From an uncultured Chloroflexia bacterium (GTDB lineage: Bacteria > Chloroflexota > Ktedonobacteria > Ktedonobacterales > JADMIN01), in the NCBI GenBank assembly GCA_963718915.1, contig CAVRAI010000006.1, positions 1-32,000 on the forward strand: DNA of 32,000 nt. The letters are read 5' to 3'. Positions 16,256 through 24,064 of this stretch are shown here, in pieces (position 1 is the first letter of the stretch; each line of letters starts with the position of its first letter). Under the pieces are notes generated by a model. It searched no databases. It saw nothing but the letters and a program-made list of their open reading frames with translations, and had not been told where the DNA came from. Position numbers and translations under genes: made by a program.

Positions 16256-17281
16256 ATGGATGTCCTGTCTGACACGCTGAAGGTGGTGCGGCTGAGCGGC
16301 GCGGTCTTCCTGCGGGCAAAACTGCCATCGCCCTGGGCCGTGGCGTCCGCGACGGCCAGCGAACTTGCCGAGTATCTGCGCCTGCCATCCGACTGTATCG
16401 CCGTCTTCCATATCCTCGCGAAGGGCAGCTGCTGGCTCTCGATCCCAGGCTCCGCCCCGGTCTTGCTGAAGGCGGGAGACGCCGTCCTTCTGCCCCAGAA
16501 CTGTCCTCACGTCGTCGGCAGCGACTGGAGCCTCAGTCCAATATCATTCCGGGCGGTTCTGCCAGCGACAATGCCACCCGACGGTATCACGGAGGTCGTG
16601 GGTGGAAGCATGGGCGAGATGACGCAACTCATCTGCGGCTATCTCCACTGCGACCAGCGATTCAATCCGCTCATCGGCGCGCTGCCAGACGTCATGGTGG
16701 TGCATCCCAACCACGATGGTCGCGAGGCAGAGGCAGAGGCGGCGATATCGGGAGCGCGCGCGCTGGCGTCATCGGCGGCGCTGGCGATCCAGCCCGGAGA
16801 CTGGCTGGAGACGACGCTGCGGCACACCGTCGAGGAGGCGCTTGGCGAGCGTCCCGGCAACACGGATATGCTGGCCCGGCTTAGCGAGATTCTCTTCGTC
16901 GAAGTGGTGCGACGGTACATGCAGCAGCTTCCGGCGGCCCAGCATGGCTGGCTTGCTGGGGTCAGCGACCCCGTGGTTGGGCATGCCCTGCGGCTGTTGC
17001 ACGCGCGCCCGGAACATGCCTGGACCGTCGAGGATCTGGCGCACGCCGTGGCTGTCTCGCGCTCAACCCTGGCTCAGCGGTTCACCACGCTGATCGGGGA
17101 GACGCCGATGCACTATCTGGCGGCCTGGCGCATTCAACTGGCGAAGTATCTGCTGAAGCAGACGAATCTGAATCTGGTCGAGGTTGCGCAGCGCGTGGGC
17201 TATGAGTCCGACGTGGCCTTCAATCACGCCTTCAAGCGCCACGTTGGCCAGCCTCCTGCCGCCTGGCGGGTAGCTGGCTAG
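16256..17281 (+). CDS. AraC-family transcriptional regulator with N-terminal cupin-like sensor domain
   Basis: 341 aa with AGGGAG upstream. N-terminus MDVLSD.L..VRLSGAVF.. (cupin_6-like). C-terminal double HTH (WTVEDLAHAVAVSRSTLAQRF..., VAQRVGYESDVAFNHAFKR). Confidence 0.85.
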   Translation: MDVLSDTLKVVRLSGAVFLRAKLPSPWAVASATASELAEYLRLPSDCIAVFHILAKGSCWLSIPGSAPVLLKAGDAVLLPQNCPHVVGSDWSLSPISFRAVLPATMPPDGITEVVGGSMGEMTQLICGYLHCDQRFNPLIGALPDVMVVHPNHDGREAEAEAAISGARALASSAALAIQPGDWLETTLRHTVEEALGERPGNTDMLARLSEILFVEVVRRYMQQLPAAQHGWLAGVSDPVVGHALRLLHARPEHAWTVEDLAHAVAVSRSTLAQRFTTLIGETPMHYLAAWRIQLAKYLLKQTNLNLVEVAQRVGYESDVAFNHAFKRHVGQPPAAWRVAG

Positions 17282-17305
17282 CGCGAGTGACGATGGTCGG
17301 GCGGC

Positions 17306-17788
17306 TCAGATCAGTTTGTCGGTCTTGCCCGCAAGCTGGCGGAAAAGCTCGGTCTGGCCGATATGATAGCTCTCGTGGAAATAGAGGAAGAAGAGCGCTT
17401 GCCCAACCGTTCGCTGCCGACGCCCACCTGGCGCCTGGCGGGCAAGGGTCGCCTCGTCCACCTGGCTCAGCGCCGCCGCGATGCGTTCCTGCGCATGGGC
17501 AATCCGACCGAGCAGATCGTCGAGCGGCAGGATGCCCTCATCGTTCGCGGTTAGCGGCTCCGATTCTCGCTTGTAGCGCGCGCCCGCCTCGCCCATCAGC
17601 GGCGGCTCGCCCAGCACTTCCAGTACCTGATCCCGATTGATGGCGATATGGCCGAGCACCCAGTTCAGGCAATTCCCCTGCAGCGGCTGCTGGCGCAGGC
17701 TATCGTCCTGGGTCAGCCCCTCAGACTGCATTTTGGCGATGCCCACGTTGCGGGCAAAAGCCTCCGCTAGGTCGTTCGCGCTAATCAT
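17306..17788 (-). CDS. DinB family protein
   Basis: The track ORF (385 aa) is trimmed to ATG 17788 (GAGGAG 5 nt upstream). 160 aa with LNWVLGHIA.., FFLYFHESYHIGQ. Confidence 0.8.
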   Translation of the reverse strand: MISANDLAEAFARNVGIAKMQSEGLTQDDSLRQQPLQGNCLNWVLGHIAINRDQVLEVLGEPPLMGEAGARYKRESEPLTANDEGILPLDDLLGRIAHAQERIAAALSQVDEATLARQAPGGRRQRTVGQALFFLYFHESYHIGQTELFRQLAGKTDKLI

Positions 17789-18071
17789 ACCTGCTCCTCG
17801 TCTTATACGTATCATGATGTAGAGAATGGCGATGCGATCATGGCAGTGTGTGCGTACAGGAGTGCAATGGTCCGCGCTGGCACGCAAATCGCACAGGTTG
17901 AGATTGGTGGATGAAGCGCGCCTGCCGCGACAGACCGCGATGGACTGCGATGCAACGAGCATAACATACTGATACATCAGGCTACTCTGTCTGGCCAGCG
18001 ACCGGGCTGGCGTGCTATAACAGGCTGAAACAACGGCGACGGCGAGCGCGGCCGAAATGGAAGGAATAGGC

Positions 18072-19208
18072 ATGGCGGATACATCTGCTGGCGGAGAGAA
18101 TGGCAAGAAGAGCAACAGGTTCAACGTCAATCCGCGGCGTCTGTTCTCGTTCTCCATGCTCGCCGGGATCCCCTCGAATCTGGCGCTGGCGCGCAAGTTC
18201 TTCAACTCGGTGAACTGGAAGTATGCGCAGGAGGAAATTGCCGGAGAAATCCGCCGCAAGGTGGCCATCATCGGCCTGCCAAACTCTGGCAAGTCCACCC
18301 TCTTCAACACCTTGCAGGGCAAATATGTCTCGCCAGTCTCACCGATCGAAGGCACCACCACCGCCAACGTGCGCGGCGCCTTTGGCCCGTTCACCCTCAT
18401 CGATACGCCAGGGCATATCCCAGAAATGCAGCGGGAAGCCATCGAAGAGGCTGCCGTCACCATCTATCTGCTCGACGCTGGCGAGGGCATGCGCCCGCGC
18501 GATTATGAGATGGTGGATCAGCTGCGCAAGCTCAACAAGCCGTTCGCGGTGGCGCTCAACAAGTGCGACCTGATCGGCGAGGCGGCGGATGAGGCCGCCG
18601 CGCGTGCGGCGGCGCGGCTGCACGTGCAGGATGTCATCCCCATCTCGGCCCGCGATGGCGCCAACGTCAGCGAGGAGCTTATCCCCGCGCTCATCGAGGC
18701 CAGCCCTGAGGCGGCCATTGTGCTGGGGCGCCAGCTGCCCCAGTTCCGGCGCGCGGCGGCTAACAAGGTGGTGCGTTCCGCGACGCTCATCGCATTGGCT
18801 GCCGGGCTTCAGCCAGTGCCGCTGGTGGATATTCCCATTCTGCTGGGCAATCAGATCCGGCTGGTGCTGCGCGTCGCCGCCGTCTATGGCGAGCCGATGA
18901 ACGCTCAGCATATGCGCGAACTGGTCGCGACCATCGCTGGTGGGCTGCTGATGCGCTATCTCGCGGAAGAAGCGGCCAAAATGGTGCCATTCGGCGGCGA
19001 CCTGGTCGCGGGGGCCATCGCGGCGGCGGCCACGTGGTCTATTGGGCAGGTGGCCATCGAATACTTCGAGAGCGGCAAGAAGCTCACCCCCAGCCAGATC
19101 AACGCCTCGTTCAAGCGCTTCTATCGGCGCTATCGCGAGACGCGGCAGGACGAGAAGCTGCTGCCACCGCCAGCGCTGCCTGGCAGTCTCCCCGAGGCGG
19201 GGCAGTAA
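18072..19208 (+). CDS. small GTPase domain fused to a DUF697 (YcjF-like) domain
   Basis: G1 GLPNSGKST, G3 DTPG, G4 NKCD. The C-terminal half (..LQPVPLVDIPILLGNQIRLVLRVAAVYG..) matches the DUF697 pattern. ATG 18072 is preceded by GGAAGG. Confidence 0.8.
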   Translation: MADTSAGGENGKKSNRFNVNPRRLFSFSMLAGIPSNLALARKFFNSVNWKYAQEEIAGEIRRKVAIIGLPNSGKSTLFNTLQGKYVSPVSPIEGTTTANVRGAFGPFTLIDTPGHIPEMQREAIEEAAVTIYLLDAGEGMRPRDYEMVDQLRKLNKPFAVALNKCDLIGEAADEAAARAAARLHVQDVIPISARDGANVSEELIPALIEASPEAAIVLGRQLPQFRRAAANKVVRSATLIALAAGLQPVPLVDIPILLGNQIRLVLRVAAVYGEPMNAQHMRELVATIAGGLLMRYLAEEAAKMVPFGGDLVAGAIAAAATWSIGQVAIEYFESGKKLTPSQINASFKRFYRRYRETRQDEKLLPPPALPGSLPEAGQ

Positions 19209-19248
19209 GCAGGGATACGTCCTGCTGACCTGTGTAGAAGGGATGGGG

Positions 19249-21141
19249 ATGCTGTGGGCCGAACGACACGTCGCAAACTGCTCGTTCGGACACGGAATGC
19301 GCGCCCGTCTGGCGGCGGAGGTCGCCTCGCCGACCCTGGGCGTACTGCGGCTGGTCAGCCCTGCCAGCGACGAGATCGCTTTTCTGGGTGGCGGCCGTGC
19401 CGTGCCCATTACGCGGGGTATCAGTCCCATTGGCCGGGCACAGCGTAACGCCATCGTGCTGCTCGACCCATCTGTCTCGCGCGAGCATGCCCGCCTGATC
19501 GCCAGCCACGAGGGCTGGTGGATCGAGAACTGCTCGACGACCAACACGATGGAGGTTGCCGGGCAGGTGTGCCAGCCGGGGCATGGTATGGCGCTTGCGC
19601 CGGGCGACGTCGTGCGGCTGGGACAGACATCGCTGCAACTGGTGGCCTGGCGTCCAGCCTATCCCGACTCGACCTCTGCCTCCGCTGAACCACCAGAATC
19701 ATCTGAGGGTAGCTATGCCGCCTATCTGGCCGAGGCAACCGGCGAAAGCAACGGTTTTCTGACCGACGAGGTGAGTGAGGCCGATCTGCTCGACGGCGTA
19801 TCAGGTGATCTCTCACTGCCCCAGAGCGCCAGTTCCACCCACCTGCTCAGCCCTGGCATCACGCTCCAATTCGCGTTTCGGGGACGCTTCAAGGCGCGCA
19901 TGTGGTGGCTGCTGGGCATCAGCGCGGCGCTCATCCTGCTGGTCTGCACGGTTGTCACACTGGGAACCACAGTGCTGGTGGGGCGTGGCGCCCTGGCCAC
20001 CGAGGGCGCTGGCTCCGTGCTGGCGGCGCTGACGATCCCGCTGGTGCCCGCGCTTGGCGTTGCGCTGGTGACGATGACGCTGGATCGTTATGAGCGCGAG
20101 CCGTGGTCGCTGATGCTGGGCGCATTTCTCTGGGGAGCGCTGATTGCCATCGCGCCCGCGCTTTTTCTGGAGCGGCGCCTGGTTGCCCTGCTGGCGTCGG
20201 CGCTGAACGCCATCGGGCTGCCAGACGGCTTGACGCATGCGGCGTCACAGGCGATGAGCGCGGGTTTCTCGGAGGAGGCTATCAAGGGCATTGGGCTGAT
20301 CGTGTTGCTGGTGCTGCTGCGCGATGAGTTCGATAACGTCACCGATGGCATTATCTACGGCGCATTGATTGGCGCGGGCTTCGCGATGGTGGAGAACTTC
20401 GTCTTCTTCGCCGTCACGCCACGCGCCGACCTTGGCGTGCTCATCTTTGGGCGTGTGATCCTCGGCTGGCTCAGCCATTCGACGTTCACGGCCTTTTTTG
20501 GCGCGGGCCTTGGGGCTGCTCGTGAGACGCGCGACCGTCGCTGGCAAGTGCTGGCCCCGCTTGCTGGGTTTGCCACGGCGATTCTGCTCCATACCGGCTT
20601 CGACTTCGTCGCCTTTGGCGCCGACGAGCTGGCAACTCCCGAACTGCTGGCGCACGCGGCGGCGCTCTTCGCGCTGGTGACGCTGCTGGCGGAATATGTG
20701 CCGCTCTTTACAGCGCAGGCGGTGTTGCTGCGAATTGCTCTCGCATCGTTGGCGCGCGAGGCCGAGACGATACGCGAGTACCTCAGCAGTGAGGTGTTCG
20801 ACGGTGTTGTCTCGCCGGACGAATATCTGCTGCTGCAGAACGCGACACTGCGCGACGCCGCCGAACGCGCCTATGCGCTGGAATATGGGCCGCGCGCCTG
20901 GCTGACCGCGCGCACGCTCTACCAGACGAGCGACGGGCCTGGCGTTTCGCAAGTGGCATGTGGCGATGGGCGATCCGCCCAAGAACACACCGCGCCAGCC
21001 CGAAGAGGTCTACCGCGAGCGCATCAGGCGGCTGCGGCGCTCGCTGCGACGGCAGGTCGCGTTCCGCCTGCCCGCACGCACCCCGCTGGATATACAGCGC
21101 GAGGCCGAGCCAACGCGCCCGCTGTCACTGCTGGTGGTTAA
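19249..21141 (+). CDS. FHA domain-PrsW family intramembrane protease fusion (3' end possibly frameshifted)
   Basis: N-terminal FHA (PIGRAQRNAIVLLDPSVSREHARL...NCSTTNTMEVAG). After an acidic/Ser linker come several TM spans with PrsW motifs (DRYEREP, FSEEAIKG, DGIIYGALIGAGFAMVENFVF, HSTFTAFFG). Start uncertain (19243 or 19249); the track start 19042 overlaps the GTPase gene. Confidence 0.8.
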   Translation: MLWAERHVANCSFGHGMRARLAAEVASPTLGVLRLVSPASDEIAFLGGGRAVPITRGISPIGRAQRNAIVLLDPSVSREHARLIASHEGWWIENCSTTNTMEVAGQVCQPGHGMALAPGDVVRLGQTSLQLVAWRPAYPDSTSASAEPPESSEGSYAAYLAEATGESNGFLTDEVSEADLLDGVSGDLSLPQSASSTHLLSPGITLQFAFRGRFKARMWWLLGISAALILLVCTVVTLGTTVLVGRGALATEGAGSVLAALTIPLVPALGVALVTMTLDRYEREPWSLMLGAFLWGALIAIAPALFLERRLVALLASALNAIGLPDGLTHAASQAMSAGFSEEAIKGIGLIVLLVLLRDEFDNVTDGIIYGALIGAGFAMVENFVFFAVTPRADLGVLIFGRVILGWLSHSTFTAFFGAGLGAARETRDRRWQVLAPLAGFATAILLHTGFDFVAFGADELATPELLAHAAALFALVTLLAEYVPLFTAQAVLLRIALASLAREAETIREYLSSEVFDGVVSPDEYLLLQNATLRDAAERAYALEYGPRAWLTARTLYQTSDGPGVSQVACGDGRSAQEHTAPARRGLPRAHQAAAALAATAGRVPPARTHPAGYTARGRANAPAVTAGG

Positions 21142-21341
21142 AACGGCGTAGCCGAGTCGGGGGAGAAGGTTGTAGTAAGTTAGTGCTCATAGAGGATGAC
21201 CATATCCTCGAGTTCGGCTTGCGCGAGTTGCTGGACATAGCCACTAGTGGGGAATTTGGTGGAGTAAATCGATCAGGCGCGAGAACATAACGCAGACCGC
21301 GATAGTAGCTCAGGTGGCTACGGCGTAAGGTGTGCCAGACG

Positions 21342-22298
21342 ATGACCACGCAAAAGATTGACAGCCAGGTCAGTGATTGGTGGAAGCGGTCGAGTCATCA
21401 CCGGCTCTGGACGTTGCCCAAGCGCTCAGGTCGTTAGCGCTCCTTGTGCGACATCTGCTCGTGGCTAGCGGCGCGCGACGACGAGAATGGAGGCGCTCTT
21501 ACGCCCGCGCCGCGCAAGGAGGAGGAGACGGCGACAGCAGTAAGCGAGATAGACGGATCACCCAGACACTGACACACTCGGCGGTATGCCGGGTGAGGCC
21601 TGCAGTAGATAAGTCGGTTGTATTGGGCATTATCAGCAGCGGGAGCCGGACTTCGTGCTCCCGCGCGTGGGCTTTGTCGCGCAGGAGCATCCGCTCTACA
21701 ACGGATTCTCAGTCGCCGACCTGCTCACCATGGGGCGGAAGCTCAACCGGCGCTGGAATCAGTCCCTCGCCCTCGAATATCTGGACCAGCTCGGGATTCC
21801 TTTGCAGCAGAAGGCGGGCAAGCTCTCAGGGGGTCAGCAGGCTCAGGCGGCGCTTGCTCTCGCTCTGGCTAAAGAGCCTGACCTGCTCTTGCTCGATGAG
21901 CCGCTGGCCAGCCTCGACCCCCTGGCTCGGCGCGATTTTCTCTCCATGCTGATGGATGCTGTGGCGGCGCGCCGCTCACCGTGATGCTCTCGTCGCACAT
22001 CATCAGTGATTCGAGCGGGTTGCGATTACCTGGTGGTGCTGGGCAACGGACAGCTACAGCTCGCGGACGAGATCGAGCGCATCAAGGCGAGCCATGCCGC
22101 GCTCACCGTCGCACGTGACCAGATTGCTTCGGTAGCCCGTCAAGCCGAGGTGATCTTAGAGCGGCGGAGCGAGCAGGATGCCGCGCTGGTGGTCCGGCGG
22201 CGTCATAGTGGCTTCCCCGCGCAGTGGGAGGCACGCTCCGTCACCTGGAAGAGGTGGTGCTGGCCTATCTGGAGCGTGCCGGTCCCAGGCTGGCTTGA
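21342..22298 (+). pseudogene. decayed paralogue of the ABC ATPase (compare 3610-4515)
   Basis: Homologous blocks are scattered over three frames: MTTQKIDSQVSDWWKRSSHH (f3), PALDV..TLTHSAV..SVVLG (f2), RVGFVAQEHPLY..LSGGQQAQ..LLLLDEPLASLDPLARRDF (f1), LTVMLSSHIISD (f3), RAGCDYLVVLGNGQLQL (f1), LEEVVLAYLERAG* (f3). There are at least 5 frame changes. No GK[ST] Walker A is found in any forward frame between 21342 and 21660. Confidence 0.75.
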
Positions 22299-22311
22299 AG
22301 GAGGTCACCCG

Positions 22312-23199
22312 ATGATCTGGCTCGCCTGGCGCACGCACCGTGGCGCTCTCATCACCGCGCTGGTTTTCCTGGGCATCGTAGCAACCTTCATGGTGATTAC
22401 GGGCCTGATGATGCGCGCTGATTTCACAAGTCTGGGCCTTTCCGCGTGTAATATGCTTCATCCCTCACTCGCTTGTGGAGACGCATGGGCCACCTTCAGT
22501 GGGAAGTATGACGTCCTGACTACCTGGAATGAGTTGTTCACGCTCACTCCTCTGGTCGTGGGAATCCTCGTGGGCGCACCGCTGGTGGCCCGCGAGCTGG
22601 AGCGGAAGACGAGCCTCCTCGTCTGGACGCAGGGTGTCACTCGCATGCGCTGGCTGGTGGGTATGCTGCTGGGCATCTTCGCTGGCACGATTGCGCTGTT
22701 CGCCGCCTTCAGCCTCCTGAACACTTGGTGGCTACACCCGTTCATCCAACTTGACGGGCGATTTAACCTAAATATTTGAAGTGGTCGGTATAGTGCGCAT
22801 CGCGTATGCGGCCTTTGCGCTGGCGCTGGGTATTGCGGCTGGTGCGCTCTTAGGCAAAACGCTGCTCGCGATCCTCGTGACAATTGTTGGCTATTTTCCA
22901 CTTCGGACGGCTGTGGCTCGGGGGCTTCGGCCTTACCACTTCGTCGCACCCATTGATGTCAGGGGTGAGAGCATCCGGCCACAGGCCCAGCCGATTGGAC
23001 CCTTGGCGGTGGCTTTGTGGATCGCGCCGGACACCCAGTTGACGCGATGACATTTCAAAACACGTGCTTGTCCTCTCCCAGTGTCGGGAATGACACTGTC
23101 CGCCAATGTCTCCACGACCACGGCTGGGTGCCACCAGTGAGCCATGAGGTAGCAGGCAGTCTACTGGCGGCTGGCGAAGGGATATGCTATACTTGGTAG
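22312..23199 (+). pseudogene. decayed paralogue of the ABC-2 permease (compare 4512-5483)
   Basis: AGGAGG lies upstream of ATG 22312. MIWLAWRTHRGALIT.. parallels MIWLTWRQHRAAIVT... The frame breaks near 22770 (..DGRFNLNI* then ..VGIVRIAYAAFALALGIAAG) and again near 23040 (RQCLHDHGW versus FQCIHNHGW). The 3' boundary is approximate. Confidence 0.7.
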
Positions 23200-23524
23200 C
23201 GTCTTTAAGTGGCATACAACTGGCTGCCTATGACAGAGGCAGTAGCACATCCGCCGGGATGCTCCGTCATACGTTCTGACGATGGGGCGCCCCTGGTATG
23301 CCCGGCGAGGACAACAGGATTGCTTGAAAAGGACAACCGGCAGACGCCGCGCGCGCCGACACCGACACGCCGGACTGGACGTGCGCAATGGGGTTTGTCC
23401 TGGTGATCCATCAGTGGCGGGAGACATTGGGTCGCCCGCGCAAACACCCGAGAACACCAGTGAAGGAGGAGGCCGACACCTCCGGCGCGTGATAGCCCGG
23501 ATGGTGGGCGGCCAGCAAAACGCT

Positions 23525-23794
23525 ATGCCGTTGCAGCCAGAGATCAAATCGCAAATCATCGAGGAACATCAGACCCACGAAGGCGACACTGGTTCGTCAG
23601 AGGTGCAGATTGCCATTCTGACCCAGCGTATCCGCGATCTGACCGAGCATCTCAAGGTGAACAAGCACGATTATCACTCCCGTCGGGGGCTGCTCAAGAT
23701 GGTCGGTCAGCGCCGCCGTATGCTGCGTTACCTCAACCGCACCAACCCGGAGCGCTATCGTGCGTTGATCGAAAAGCTCGGCCTGCGACACTAG
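23525..23794 (+). CDS. rpsO: 30S ribosomal protein S15
   Basis: 89 aa: [70 protein letters not shown]... The track ORF start 23282 is an upstream read-through. Confidence 0.95.
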   Translation: MPLQPEIKSQIIEEHQTHEGDTGSSEVQIAILTQRIRDLTEHLKVNKHDYHSRRGLLKMVGQRRRMLRYLNRTNPERYRALIEKLGLRH

Positions 23795-23928
23795 TCTCTC
23801 TGTCTTTGCCTTTTGGCCGTCCTCACAAGCGATCCCTCGGCCTGGCCAGCGGCTCAGGCTATCAGCGCTCGTGCGTCTGTGGCCTGACGTCCTGACACGT
23901 TGGACGGAGGAAGATTTCTTGCCCGCGA

Positions 23929-23951
23929 GGGGAGCGCATGTGGCGCTCCCC
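23929..23951 (+). promoter_or_regulatory. strong stem-loop in the rpsO-pnp intergenic region (GGGGAGCGC-atgtg-GCGCTCCCC)
   Basis: 9-bp perfect GC-rich stem, 135 nt after the rpsO stop and 114 nt before the pnp start. No U-tract. Confidence 0.45.
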
Positions 23952-24064
23952 ATGCACGTATTGTCGGGCAGGTAAAGATATCCTCGCAATTTAGTCGCGC
24001 CCCCGCACCGGCCTGAGTGGCACGGTTTCAGCCAGTGAGCAGCGGTGAGGCGCCGGAGGAAATA

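Noticed and set aside
18339-20988. 402-aa (18339-19547) and 247-aa (20245-20988) minus-strand ORFs
   Set aside because: They are antisense to the GTPase-DUF697 and FHA-PrsW genes, with no motifs and a biased composition.
21125-21349. 74-aa minus-strand ORF and other short frames in the 21150-21340 spacer (for example a C-terminal-like ..GYVQQLAQAELEDMVILYEH*)
   Set aside because: No family is recognised, no convincing RBS is present, and the fragments are short. This may be a remnant of an unknown gene, but I cannot support a call.
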